Source of the DNA: Capsulimonadaceae bacterium
Lineage (GTDB): Bacteria; Armatimonadota; Armatimonadia; Armatimonadales; Capsulimonadaceae
Length of the DNA: 64,000 nt
Direction: 5' to 3'
Assembly: GCA_965215505.1 (NCBI GenBank)
Contig: OZ244065.1
Span: forward strand, 704,001 to 768,000
Part shown: in pieces, positions 44,899 through 54,430 of the stretch
Numbering within the stretch: the stretch's first letter is position 1
How the letters are laid out: each line of letters begins with the position of its first letter
Notes under the pieces: generated by a model
Told to the model about the DNA's origin: nothing
Databases searched by the model: none
What the model saw: the letters and a program-made list of their open reading frames with translations, nothing else
Translations under genes and position numbers: made by a program

Positions 44899-45399
44899 AT
44901 GACGTTCACACCACTCACGCGCGCCGGGCTGGTCATCGGGCTGGGGATCGGCGGGTTCTTTGACGGGATCGTGCTGCACCAGATCCTCCAGTGGCATCAC
45001 CTGGTCTGCTTCACGCCGGACTGTAAGCCGACCTCGGTGGAAATGCTCCAGCACCAGAACACGCAGGACGGGTACTTCCATCTGGCGGTCTGGATGCTGA
45101 CCATCCTCGGGACCATCCTTCTTTTTCGGGCCGCCCGTCAGCCGGACACGCCCTGGACCGCGAAGGCGTTCGGCGGGTCGGTCCTGGCCGGCTGGGGCAC
45201 GTTCAACTTCGTGGAGGGCCTGATAGACCACCAGATATTAGGCATTCACCACGTCCTGCCCGGCCTGCACCAGTTCGCCGCAGACATGGCGTTCCTGGCC
45301 TCCGGTGTGCTGCTGGCGGTCGGCGGGTGGCTGCTGGCCTCAGCGGGCGGCGCGGGCCCACAGGGGCGGCAGGTGGAAGCAGTCACCAGCCCGGCGTAA
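44899..45399 (+). CDS. DUF2243 membrane protein
   Basis: GIGGFFDGIVLHQILQWHH, DGYFH, GWGTFNFVEGLIDHQILGIHHV. Confidence 0.88.
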   Translation: MTFTPLTRAGLVIGLGIGGFFDGIVLHQILQWHHLVCFTPDCKPTSVEMLQHQNTQDGYFHLAVWMLTILGTILLFRAARQPDTPWTAKAFGGSVLAGWGTFNFVEGLIDHQILGIHHVLPGLHQFAADMAFLASGVLLAVGGWLLASAGGAGPQGRQVEAVTSPA

Positions 45400-45401
45400 G
45401 C

Positions 45402-45437
45402 GGAACAGACAGGGGAACAGACAGGGGAACAGACATG
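45402..45437 (+). repeat. 12-bp tandem repeat x3 ending in the Uma2 start codon
   Basis: GGAACAGACAGG twice, then GGAACAGACATG. Confidence 0.85.
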
Positions 45438-46031
45438 GCACTGGCGCGGCAGTACGCTGACCCGTACATCGAGAAGACGTACTACACGGAGGCCGAATAC
45501 TTCGAGTTCGAGCGCACGGCGTTTGGGCGCTGGGAGTATGTGAACGGCGAGATACGCCAGATGAGCGGTGGGACGACCGACCACGGGGCGATCAGCATGA
45601 ACATAGGCCGAATACTCGGCAATGTTTTAGTTCCGCGCGGTTGCCGCATATACGGCTCAGATGTCAAGATTCACACGGGCGACGGCATCAATACGTTTCC
45701 AGACATCTCCGTGATCTGCGGGGAACATCATTATTATCTGGGCAAAAAGGACGTCGTCCTGAACCCGTTGCTAGTTGTGGAGGTGCTTTCGCCCTTTACG
45801 GAGGGCTATGACCGGGGCAAGAAGTTCGACCACTACCAGACGATCTCGTCGCTCCAGGATTATCTGCTGGTAGAGCAAGACCAAGCCCGCGTACTTCTGT
45901 TCACGCGCGACAATAGCCACTGGGAGATGCGGGAGGTGAGAGGGCTGGAGGGCACTGTTCACCTGCCTTCCGTGGATGTGACGCTCGCACTCAGCGACGT
46001 GTACGCACTGATCGAGTTCGGCGCGGAGTGA
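45435..46031 (+). CDS. Uma2 family endonuclease-fold protein
   Basis: EYVNGEI..MSGG..DH, FPDISV, NPLLVVEVLSP.TE.YDRGKKF..Y. Confidence 0.9.
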   Translation: MALARQYADPYIEKTYYTEAEYFEFERTAFGRWEYVNGEIRQMSGGTTDHGAISMNIGRILGNVLVPRGCRIYGSDVKIHTGDGINTFPDISVICGEHHYYLGKKDVVLNPLLVVEVLSPFTEGYDRGKKFDHYQTISSLQDYLLVEQDQARVLLFTRDNSHWEMREVRGLEGTVHLPSVDVTLALSDVYALIEFGAE

Positions 46032-46909
46032 CCATGACAGACGAAGCACACTTTCCGGGGCATTTTGGGACCGTCGCCATCGTTGGCGTCGGGCTGATCG
46101 GCGGGTCGCTGGGCATGGCCTTGAAGGGGCGGCGGCTGGCGCAGCGGGTCATCGGGATCGGGCGGAACCCCGAGCGGCTGGACAAAGCCGTCGCCCTGGG
46201 GGCGATTGATGTGGGGGTGACGGACCTGACGCGGGGCGTGGCCGGGGCGGACGTGGTCGTGCTGTGTACCACGGTCGGGCACATCGTCGAGACGCTGCCC
46301 GGTGTGCTGGAAGCGGTCAGGCGTGGCGCGGTGGTCACGGACGTGGGCAGCACGAAGGGGGCCATCGCCCGGCGGGCGGCGGGGTCCCCGCTTTTCGTCG
46401 GCGGCCACCCGATGGCCGGGTCGGAGCAGGCGGGAGTGGAGTCGGCGACGCCGCTGCTGTTTGAGGAGGCGACCTGGGCGGTGACACCAACAGAAGAAAC
46501 CGATCCGGGGGCGCTCAGGACCGTGGAGCGGCTGGCGCGTGAGGTGGGGGCGACGACACTAACGCTTTCGCCCGAGGCGCACGACGCCATGCTGGCCGTG
46601 ACCAGCCACCTGCCGCACGTCCTGGCCTCGGCTTTGATGCGGCAGGCGGCGGCGGCGCAGCGGGTCCACGCGCAGACGCAACGGCTGACGGCGGGCAGTT
46701 TCGCCGACGCGACGCGCGTAGCGGCGAGTCCGCCGGAGATCTGGCGCGACGTCTGCCTGACCAACCGGGAAGCGCTGCTGGCCGCACTGCACGGGTTCCG
46801 GGCGGAACTGGATGCGCTGGAAGAGGCGGTGGGGGCGGGCGATGCGGCCCGGATTGAGGCTTTCTTCGCGGCGGGCGTGGAGGCGAAACGCGGCTGGGGC
46901 CGGTTGTAG
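46028..46909 (+). CDS. tyrA: Prephenate/arogenate dehydrogenase
   Basis: GVGLIGGS, TDVGSTK, GGHPMAGSE, HD...A.TSHLPH, DATRVA.S.PEIW. Confidence 0.92.
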   Translation: MTMTDEAHFPGHFGTVAIVGVGLIGGSLGMALKGRRLAQRVIGIGRNPERLDKAVALGAIDVGVTDLTRGVAGADVVVLCTTVGHIVETLPGVLEAVRRGAVVTDVGSTKGAIARRAAGSPLFVGGHPMAGSEQAGVESATPLLFEEATWAVTPTEETDPGALRTVERLAREVGATTLTLSPEAHDAMLAVTSHLPHVLASALMRQAAAAQRVHAQTQRLTAGSFADATRVAASPPEIWRDVCLTNREALLAALHGFRAELDALEEAVGAGDAARIEAFFAAGVEAKRGWGRL

Positions 46910-46939
46910 TGGGGAGCAGAAGGACGAACGCATGAGGGA

Positions 46940-46969
46940 GGGCGAACACAAGGTTCGCCCTTTTTTATT
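46940..46969 (+). terminator. REP-derived hairpin plus T-tract between convergent tyrA and HDOD genes
   Basis: GGGCGAAC-ACAAG-GTTCGCCC-TTTTTTATT. Confidence 0.7.
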
Positions 46970-46983
46970 GCCCAGACATTATC

Positions 46984-47871
46984 CTAAAGCACGTTCAGGA
47001 AGTCTTTCGACTCGTCGAACTTGCGGCAGGTGTCGGTTTCCACGGCCTCCCAGACCGGCGGCGAAAAGGCAAGCCATTTCTCGACCTCGGGGGCCAGGGC
47101 GGGGACGAGAGTATCCCCGGCATTGCCCAGCGCCAGCTTGCGGGCGACGTGGTCGGCGGCCTGGATCGTCGCGGCTAGCTCGAAGTATTCTTTCGCGAAG
47201 ACGGGCTGGTGATGCAGCGTGATCATCGCCGTCAGTGACAGGGGCAGGTTCCACTTCTCGGCGATCCGCTTACCGACGAGCGCGTGGCCGACGCCAAGGG
47301 CGGTCTTCTCCGCCTCCCAGACGGAGATCTTCGCTGCACCGGCGAGCTTGATGGCGATGGCATACTGGTCAGGGAAGTATTGATCCAGGAATAGCTTGCC
47401 GATGTCATGCAGCAGGCCCCCGATGAAGACCTCCTCCACCGACTTTGCCCCGATCCCCTTGCGGCGGGCGATGACGCCCGCCGCCGCCGCCACGCCCATC
47501 GAGTGCGCCCAGAAGGCGTCCCGGTCCAGGGCGGTCTTCTGGCCGCGCGCGTCGAAGGCGTTGAAGACGCCGAGCGAGGTGGTCAGGTTGCGGACGGTGT
47601 TGAAGCCCAGGATGACGACAGCGTTGGTGATGGTGGCGATCTTGCGCGGGAAGCCGTAGTAGGAGGAGTTGACCAGGCGCAGCACTTTGGAGGCCAGCGC
47701 CTGGTCGGCGGAGATCAGGCGGTTCAGGTCGCTGGCCGAAGTCGTCGGGTCATTAATGGTCTGCATGACGCGCACGATGACGGCCGGCAGGGGCGGCAGG
47801 TCTTGCAGCTCGTCTTCGATGATACGCAGCAGGCGCTCCTGCTTCAGCTTGGTTTCGATTAAGGTCGGCAC
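46984..47871 (-). CDS. HDOD domain protein
   Basis: LPPLP, DQALASKVLRLVNSSYYG, AVVILG, FWAHS, GLLHDIGK, HALVG..IAEKWNLP. Confidence 0.92.
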   Translation of the reverse strand: MPTLIETKLKQERLLRIIEDELQDLPPLPAVIVRVMQTINDPTTSASDLNRLISADQALASKVLRLVNSSYYGFPRKIATITNAVVILGFNTVRNLTTSLGVFNAFDARGQKTALDRDAFWAHSMGVAAAAGVIARRKGIGAKSVEEVFIGGLLHDIGKLFLDQYFPDQYAIAIKLAGAAKISVWEAEKTALGVGHALVGKRIAEKWNLPLSLTAMITLHHQPVFAKEYFELAATIQAADHVARKLALGNAGDTLVPALAPEVEKWLAFSPPVWEAVETDTCRKFDESKDFLNVL

Positions 47872-47949
47872 GGCCAGTCCTCACTTCGCGGGATAACGAA
47901 CGACGGAACAAACGATAGGACAAGAGAGCAATCGGGAGTTCTGCCGTCA

Positions 47950-47977
47950 TTATCGGCACGGGCGGGGAGGAACTAGA
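47950..47977 (-). promoter_or_regulatory. Probable sigma28-type promoter of the HDOD gene
   Basis: Minus strand TCTAGTT...GCCGATAA; perfect -10, degenerate -35. Confidence 0.5.
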
Positions 47978-47993
47978 GGAGGAACGTGCGGGT

Positions 47994-48563
47994 CTACTTG
48001 ACCAGCGCGAGGATCGCCTTGAACTCGGGCGTCCCGGCCTGGCGCAGCAGTTCGTAGACGGCGGCTTCCGCCGCACAGGGTAGGACGCCGCTGTCGCGCA
48101 TCCGCTCCATGCCCAGCTTGTGCTTTTCTAGGGAGCGCGCGGAAACGGCGTCGGCGGCGACATGGACCTGGTAGCCGAGTGCAGCGAGGTCGAGGGCCGT
48201 CTGCGAGACGCAGATATGGGTTTCGACGCCGCAGAGCAGGATCTGACGCCGACCCGAAGAGGCGACGCTTTCGAGGAAACCCGCCGCGCCCGCACAGGAG
48301 AAGCACATCTTGTCGAGGGGCACGCCGACGGTGTCGCCGAGTGCCTGCGCGATCTCGGGGACGACGCCGCCCATGCGTTCGGCATACTGGACCGTCGGGA
48401 TGACGGGGACCCGCATGACGGCGGCGGCTTCGACCAGGAGGCGGACATTTCCCACCAGCCGCTCCCGGTCGTGGATGCCGCGCAGGAACGGCTCCTGCAT
48501 GTCTACGACGACCAGCAGCGCGTCTTCACGGCGCAAGATATGGGGATGGCGTCCTTCGGGCAT
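47994..48563 (-). CDS. Isochorismatase-family hydrolase
   Basis: LVVVDMQE, DKMCFSC, CGVETHICVSQTALD. Confidence 0.9.
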   Translation of the reverse strand: MPEGRHPHILRREDALLVVVDMQEPFLRGIHDRERLVGNVRLLVEAAAVMRVPVIPTVQYAERMGGVVPEIAQALGDTVGVPLDKMCFSCAGAAGFLESVASSGRRQILLCGVETHICVSQTALDLAALGYQVHVAADAVSARSLEKHKLGMERMRDSGVLPCAAEAAVYELLRQAGTPEFKAILALVK

Positions 48564-48581
48564 GGCTGGCTTGGGTGGCTC

Positions 48582-49661
48582 TCAGGCGGGGGGCGGGGCA
48601 CACGAGGCGCGGGTGATCAAAAGGCCAGGGAGGGAAACATCCTGGGCGGCTTCAGGCTCCTCGCCTTCCGCCGCCTGACTCTCGTGGGCCTGGTAGAGAG
48701 CCGCGATGGCAGCTCTTGCGATCTCGGGCACGGGCTGGCGCACGACGGTCAGCGGCGGCGTGAGCGCCTCGGCCAGGCGCGGCGTGTCCCCGAACCCGAC
48801 CAGCGAGACCTGCTGCGGGACGCGCAGGCCCAGCTCGACGAGCGTCTGGGTCGCCACGGCGGCGACGTTCTCGTCGTTACAGACCACGGCGGTCGGCAGG
48901 GTCGCCCGGTCCACGCCCGGCCTCTGGAGGCTGGTGAGGACGCGCCGGATCTGGTCCCGCTCCTCCAGCGTTTTCATCGTGTCGAAGGGCTGCCAGATGA
49001 CCTGGGCGGGGTCGGCCCCTTGGGCGAGCCAGGCCGAGTGCAGGCCCTGGAGGCGGCGCTGGGTGACGCGCGGCGTGGCGACGGGTGCGAGCAGGACGAT
49101 CCGGCGATGTCCCATGCTCCACAAGTAGTCGCCGAGCAGCCGCCCCGCGCCCGTATTGTCCAGGTGGACCTGCGCCAGATCGCGCGGCGGATTGTCTACC
49201 TCGCCGATCATGACGCAGGGGATGCTGGCGCTGGCCGCCTGACGCGGCAGGGGGACCGAGGAGAGGAGGAGGAGGCCCATCAGCCCGAGCGAGTCCAGGC
49301 GCGGCAGGTCGTCGGCGTTCAGCAGCCGCAGCCCGAAGTCGTCTTCCGCTTCGGCCCCTTGCTTTTGGGCGTACTCGCGCAGAGCGATCTGCAAGTTCTG
49401 GATGAGGTAGGCACTGGAGGAGCTGTAATCCTGATCCCAGACGCCGATGAACTGCTCCGTGTGCTGGCGGCGCAGGCGGCGGCTGCCGCGCGGGCGGCCC
49501 GAGCGGACGGGGGTGTAGTTCAGCATCTCGGCGACTTGCAGCACCTTGCGGCGCGTGCTGTCGCTGACGAAGGTGCCGTTGTCACGCCCGCTGAGTACGG
49601 TCGAAACGACGCTCGGGGAGACCCCGGTCCGCTCTGCGATGTCCTTCAAGGTGACTGGCAT
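48582..49661 (-). CDS. LacI family transcriptional regulator
   Basis: TLKDIAERTGVSPSVVSTVL, GHRRI, NDENVA, PQQVSLVGFGD, LTVVRQP. Confidence 0.92.
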   Translation of the reverse strand: MPVTLKDIAERTGVSPSVVSTVLSGRDNGTFVSDSTRRKVLQVAEMLNYTPVRSGRPRGSRRLRRQHTEQFIGVWDQDYSSSSAYLIQNLQIALREYAQKQGAEAEDDFGLRLLNADDLPRLDSLGLMGLLLLSSVPLPRQAASASIPCVMIGEVDNPPRDLAQVHLDNTGAGRLLGDYLWSMGHRRIVLLAPVATPRVTQRRLQGLHSAWLAQGADPAQVIWQPFDTMKTLEERDQIRRVLTSLQRPGVDRATLPTAVVCNDENVAAVATQTLVELGLRVPQQVSLVGFGDTPRLAEALTPPLTVVRQPVPEIARAAIAALYQAHESQAAEGEEPEAAQDVSLPGLLITRASCAPPPA

Positions 49662-49740
49662 GGGTTACTGTCTGTGATTATACACGAAAAGTCCGGGTTT
49701 ACAACCCCGCCGCAGAAATGAGGCAAACAAACGTGAGACC

Positions 49741-49763
49741 GCCGGGGTGCGCGTCACCCCGGC
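49741..49763. terminator. Hairpin downstream of mdh
   Basis: GCCGGGGTG-CGCGT-CACCCCGGC. Confidence 0.45.
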
Positions 49764-49778
49764 GGTCCTCCTCCACTG

Positions 49779-50783
49779 CTACAGCTTGCCGAGTTCCTTG
49801 AGGCTGTCTACGGTGCCCTGCACCTTGGCCGCTGACTCTTTGATGCCGGCCATCTCGGTGTCGGTGAGCGGGGCCAGCGCCATCAGGTCGTAGACGTCTT
49901 CCACGCCGCCCGCCCCGAGCAGGGCCGGGACGCCGAAGTACAGCCCGCTGACGCCGTACTGGCCGTCCAGGAGGACCGTGCTGGCGAGGATGCGCTTGCG
50001 GTCCAGGAGGACCGCCTCGACCATCTCCGCCGTCGCGACGCCCGGCGCATACCACGCGCTCGTCCCAATGAGGCCCGTCAGGATGCCCCCGCCCTGCCGG
50101 GTGTCGTCCTCGATCTTCTGGAGCTGATCATCGGTCAGCTTGCCCAGGCCAACCCACTTCTGGACGGGGATGCCGCCCACGGTGGTCAGGCTGCGGACCG
50201 GCACCATCTGGTCGCCGTGCCCGCCCAGGACATACGCCTGCACGTCCTCGACGGAGACGCCGACGGCCTGAGCGATGTAGTTGCGGTAGCGGGTGCTGTC
50301 CAGGACGCCGGCCTGGCCGATGACGCGCGCAGAGGGCAGGCCCGACGCCTTCAGGGCGACGTGGCACATGGCGTCGAGCGGGTTGGAGACGACGATGTAG
50401 ACCGCCTCGGGGCTTGCCGCAGCGGCCTGGGCGGCGACACTCGCCACGATGTCGGCGTTGACGGCCAGCAGGTCCTCGCGGGACATCCCCGGCGTCCGGG
50501 GCCGGCCCGAGGTGATGACGACCACGTCGCTATTGGCCGTGTCGGCATAGTCCGATGTGCCCTTGATGCGCCCGTCATAGCCGACGATGGGCGCAACCTG
50601 GTTGAGATCGAGCGCCTTGCCCTGCGCCATGGAGCCGGTCTTGCGGGGCCGCTCCAAAGTCAGGTCGTCCGGCAGGTCCAGCAGGACCACGTCGCTGTAC
50701 CCCTGTTGCGCCACATGGAACGCCACCGTCGCGCCGACATTGCCCGCGCCGATGACGCTGACTTTTTTCTTTCCAGAAGCCAT
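49779..50783 (-). CDS. mdh: Malate dehydrogenase (LDH-like)
   Basis: IGAGNVG, GKALD, PRTPGMSREDL, SNPLD, GVLDSTR, GGHGD; downstream of icd. Confidence 0.93.
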   Translation of the reverse strand: MASGKKKVSVIGAGNVGATVAFHVAQQGYSDVVLLDLPDDLTLERPRKTGSMAQGKALDLNQVAPIVGYDGRIKGTSDYADTANSDVVVITSGRPRTPGMSREDLLAVNADIVASVAAQAAAASPEAVYIVVSNPLDAMCHVALKASGLPSARVIGQAGVLDSTRYRNYIAQAVGVSVEDVQAYVLGGHGDQMVPVRSLTTVGGIPVQKWVGLGKLTDDQLQKIEDDTRQGGGILTGLIGTSAWYAPGVATAEMVEAVLLDRKRILASTVLLDGQYGVSGLYFGVPALLGAGGVEDVYDLMALAPLTDTEMAGIKESAAKVQGTVDSLKELGKL

Positions 50784-50821
50784 TTTCTGTGTGTTTCTCC
50801 TTGATGATAGTTGACGATAAG

Positions 50822-51442
50822 TTACGGAAGCAGGGCGGCGACTGCGACCGGCTGGGGCGCGGCCAGCGGCGGGATGACTTCACCGCTCCGGTGGATGGTC
50901 CTCTCGGCGTAGCCGAAGCCGTGGGGCTGCGTCTCGTCAGGAACCGGCTGCCGATGGACTTCTATTTGGGCCGGGGTCTGGTCAATGTTGATGATCCAGT
51001 AGTCCGCCACGCCCGCACTGGCGTAGAGGCTTGCTTTCTCGCGGCGGTCGTAGGGGAGCGTTGAGTATGAGACTTCCACAATCAGCGCCGCCTCCGTCAG
51101 CCCACGATTTAAGAATTCGCGGAAAGTTCCGGCAATCACCGCGATGTCGGGCAGCGGGTCGGTCGCCCTCCCGACACTGAAAGGCTTCTCCTCACTTACG
51201 AAGAAGCCCGCGCCGAATACCTCCCTGAATACCCCACTCGCCATGGTGACGATTCCGCGATGCAGATTCCCTACAGGCGGCATGGCGATGATTTCCCCCC
51301 CGATCAGTATGACGCGCTGACCCTCAAACAGGCCCTCTTCCCGCATCTGGTGAAATAGGTCACGGGTGCAGCGCCAGGGGGCGGGGCGGAGATCCTCAGC
51401 GGGCGCGGTGCCGGGAGCAATCTCTCGTTCAGCGACGGCCAT
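50822..51442 (-). CDS. Uma2 family endonuclease-fold protein (tandem paralogue 2)
   Basis: LIGGEIIAMPP..LH, PLPDIAV, LIVEVS, DRREKASLYASAGVADYWI; start ATG 51442. Confidence 0.88.
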   Translation of the reverse strand: MAVAEREIAPGTAPAEDLRPAPWRCTRDLFHQMREEGLFEGQRVILIGGEIIAMPPVGNLHRGIVTMASGVFREVFGAGFFVSEEKPFSVGRATDPLPDIAVIAGTFREFLNRGLTEAALIVEVSYSTLPYDRREKASLYASAGVADYWIINIDQTPAQIEVHRQPVPDETQPHGFGYAERTIHRSGEVIPPLAAPQPVAVAALLP

Positions 51443-51467
51443 GTTCTTTATCCTCCTGGTGGGTGCC

Positions 51468-52091
51468 TCATGGGAGCAGCATGGATACGGCGATAGGCTT
51501 GGGGGAGGCGAGCGGCTGGATGACTCCACCACTCCGGTGGACGGTTTTCTCGCGGTAGCCGAAGCCATGAGGCTGTGTCTCGTCCGGGACGGGCTGACGA
51601 TAGACTTCTATCTGGGCCGGCTCCTGGTCAACATTAACGATCCAGTAGTCGGCGACGCCAGCCGACGCATAAAGGCTCGCCTTCCCGCGACGGTCATAGG
51701 CCAGTGTCGTGTCTGAAACCTCCACGATAAGTGCAGACTCCGTCAGACCCCGGCCAAGATAATCACGGACGCTGCCCTGGATGATCGCGATGTCAGGCTC
51801 CGGGTCGGTCGCCCTCCCGATGTCGAAGGGGCACTGCACACTTACAAAGAAGCCGCTGCCGAACACTTCGCGAAGAACGTCGCTCGCCAAGATCAGGACG
51901 TTCCGATGCAGATCGCCCATCGCCGGCATGGCAAGTATCTCCCCGTCCACGAGAATCGCGCGCCGGCCCTCGAACAAGCCCATTTCGCCGATCTGGTTGA
52001 ACTGCTCTCTGGTCCAGCGGTAGGGCTGAGGAGTCCATTCCCCCTCAGCCCCCTGCGCCGGGGTGGTCAACTCGCGTTCGGCGACTGCCAT
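51468..52091 (-). CDS. Uma2 family endonuclease-fold protein (tandem paralogue 1)
   Basis: LVDGEILAMP, PEPDIAI, LIVEVSD, DRRGKASLYASAGVADYWI. Confidence 0.9.
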   Translation of the reverse strand: MAVAERELTTPAQGAEGEWTPQPYRWTREQFNQIGEMGLFEGRRAILVDGEILAMPAMGDLHRNVLILASDVLREVFGSGFFVSVQCPFDIGRATDPEPDIAIIQGSVRDYLGRGLTESALIVEVSDTTLAYDRRGKASLYASAGVADYWIVNVDQEPAQIEVYRQPVPDETQPHGFGYREKTVHRSGGVIQPLASPKPIAVSMLLP

Positions 52092-52119
52092 CTTCCTCTT
52101 CTCCTATCATGCTCCTGAA

Positions 52120-53196
52120 CTAACCGGCCTGCATCTTGGCGATGATGGCGTCAGCCATCTCGGCCGTGCCGACGGCGGTGGGGTCGTTGCGGTCCGGCTT
52201 CATGTCGTAGGTGACGCTCTTGCCCTCGGCGATGACGTCGGCGACGGCCTTCTCCAGGCGTGCGGCGGCCTCGTCCTCTTTGAGATACTTGAGCATCAGC
52301 AGGCCGCTCAGGATCAGCGCGGTGGGGTTGACCTTGTTCAGATTCTTGTACTTGGGAGCCGACCCGTGCGTCGCCTCGAAGAGCGCCATGTCCGCGCCGA
52401 TGTTCGCGCCGGGCGCGACGCCCAGGCCGCCGACCAGCCCCGCGCATAGGTCGGAGAGGATGTCGCCGTAGAGGTTCTCCATGACCATGACGTCGTAGTT
52501 CTCGGGCTTCTGGACGAGCTGCATGCACATGGCGTCCACGAGCCACTCGTCGTACTCGACCCGGCCCTCGTAATCCTTGGCGACCTCGCGGGCGATCTCA
52601 TAGAAGAGGCCGTCCGTGTACTTCATGATGTTTGCCTTGGCGACCGCCGTGACCTTCTTGCGCCCGTTCTCAATGGCATACTCGAAGGCGGCCTTGACGA
52701 TCTGGCGCGACCCGGTGCGGGAGATGGGCTTGATGGAGATGGCCGAGTCCCGGCGGATCTTGCCGCCCGCCATGTCAATGATCTTGCCGGCCTCGGCGCT
52801 GTCCACGGGGTACTCGACGCCCGCGTACAGGTCCTCGGTGTTCTCGCGGACGATCACCAGGTCCACGTCGGTGTAACGCGAACGGACACCCTTATACGAC
52901 TTACACGGGCGGATGCAGGCGTACAGGTCCAGCTCTTTGCGAAGGGCGACGTTGACCGACCGGAAGCCGGTGCCGATGGGGGTGGTGATGGGTCCTTTGA
53001 GGGCGATCTTGTTCTTGCGGATGGAGGCCAGAACATTGTCCGGCAGCGGCGTCCCCGCCGTCTCCATGATGTCCACGCCCGCCTCGACCACGTCCCACTC
53101 GAAGGCCACGCCGGTGCCCTCCAGGACGCGCCGTGTGGCCTCGACCAGCTCCGGCCCGGTGCCGTCTCCCCGAATCAGTGTCACTTGATACGCCAA
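52120..53196 (-). CDS. icd: Isocitrate dehydrogenase (isocitrate/isopropylmalate family)
   Basis: [58 protein letters not shown] start, GGAGG RBS. Confidence 0.88.
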   Translation of the reverse strand: MAYQVTLIRGDGTGPELVEATRRVLEGTGVAFEWDVVEAGVDIMETAGTPLPDNVLASIRKNKIALKGPITTPIGTGFRSVNVALRKELDLYACIRPCKSYKGVRSRYTDVDLVIVRENTEDLYAGVEYPVDSAEAGKIIDMAGGKIRRDSAISIKPISRTGSRQIVKAAFEYAIENGRKKVTAVAKANIMKYTDGLFYEIAREVAKDYEGRVEYDEWLVDAMCMQLVQKPENYDVMVMENLYGDILSDLCAGLVGGLGVAPGANIGADMALFEATHGSAPKYKNLNKVNPTALILSGLLMLKYLKEDEAAARLEKAVADVIAEGKSVTYDMKPDRNDPTAVGTAEMADAIIAKMQAG

Positions 53197-53244
53197 TGAA
53201 CTCTCCTCCACGCGGGGCAAGCCCCCTCAAAACAGAATAGGGCT

Positions 53245-53273
53245 AGTATAAGCGTTCCAGGGGATTTTGTCAA
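53245..53273 (-). promoter_or_regulatory. sigma70 promoter of icd-uma2-uma2-mdh
   Basis: Minus strand TTGACA-N17-TATACT. Confidence 0.8.
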
Positions 53274-53440
53274 GCAAGCCGCCCGCTCCGGGATGGGGCG
53301 GGCGGGGGAGAGTTGCTTTAGGCGTGCAAGTGTGACACAATAAGGTTCGAGGGCTGTCGCCGGGGTTTGCCTGACTCTCCGGCCGGTCCCCGCAATCCTT
53401 CATTTGCCCATCCCCATATATCGATCAAAGGAGACTGAAC

Positions 53441-54400
53441 ATGCCGCTGGTAGACATGCCGCTGGAACAACTGCTGACGTATGAGGGGCGCAGCCCGCGC
53501 CCCGCCGATTTTGACGAGTTCTGGGACGGCGCACTGGCCGAGATGCGCGCCCTGGACCCGCAGGTGGAGATGGTCCCACACCCCCTTAAAGCCTCATTCG
53601 CGGCGTGCTTTGACCTGTACTTCACCGGCGTCGGCGGGGCGCGGGTCCACGCCAAGCTGCTGCGCCCCAACAGAGCGCCCGCCCCGCACCCGGCCCTGGT
53701 CATGTTCCACGGGTACGGGAGCAACAGCGGGGACTGGGCGGGCAAGCTCGGCTATGTCGCACAGGGGTACTCGGTCGCCGCCCTGGACGTGCGCGGGCAG
53801 GGAGGGCTGTCACAGGACGTGGGCGGGACGACGGGGCGGACGGCGAGCGGCCACTTCATCCGGGGCGTGGACGACGGGCCGGAGAAGATGCTGTTCCGGC
53901 AGGTCTTTCTGGACTGCGCCCAACTGGCGGGGATCGTCATGGACATGCCGGACGTGGACGCGGGCCGCGTGGGGGCCATGGGCGGGTCTCAGGGCGGGGC
54001 GCTGACGGTCGTTTGTGCGGCCCTGGAGCCGCGCGTCAAGAAGGCCGCCGCCACGTTCCCCTTCCTCAGCGACTACAAGCGCGTCTGGGAGATGGACCTC
54101 GCGGCGGGCGCGTACCAGGAGATCCGGGACTACTTCCGCACGTTCGACCCGCGCCACGAGCGCGAGGAAGCGGTCTGGACCCGGCTCGGCTATGTGGACA
54201 TCCAGCACCTCGCCCCGCGCATCCAGGCCGAGGTGCTGATGCCGGTCGGCCTGATGGACACGGTCTGCCCGCCCTCTACGCAGTTCGCCGCCTACAACAA
54301 GATCACGTCGCCCAAGAGCCTGCTGGTGTACCCCGACTTCGGCCACGAGGACCTGCCGGGGGCCAATGACGCCGTGTTCGACTTCTTCGCCGATCTGTGA
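53441..54400 (+). CDS. CE7 acetylxylan esterase / cephalosporin-C deacetylase
   Basis: DFDEFW, FHGY, DVRGQGG, GGSQGG, D.VCPPSTQFAAYN, PDFGHE. Confidence 0.92.
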   Translation: MPLVDMPLEQLLTYEGRSPRPADFDEFWDGALAEMRALDPQVEMVPHPLKASFAACFDLYFTGVGGARVHAKLLRPNRAPAPHPALVMFHGYGSNSGDWAGKLGYVAQGYSVAALDVRGQGGLSQDVGGTTGRTASGHFIRGVDDGPEKMLFRQVFLDCAQLAGIVMDMPDVDAGRVGAMGGSQGGALTVVCAALEPRVKKAAATFPFLSDYKRVWEMDLAAGAYQEIRDYFRTFDPRHEREEAVWTRLGYVDIQHLAPRIQAEVLMPVGLMDTVCPPSTQFAAYNKITSPKSLLVYPDFGHEDLPGANDAVFDFFADL

Positions 54401-54430
54401 TGCTTTGATGGACGGCCTTAGATGACGGCC

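Noticed and set aside
53340-53440. Riboswitch in the esterase leader
   Set aside because: Only an imperfect GC-rich hairpin; no recognisable aptamer consensus
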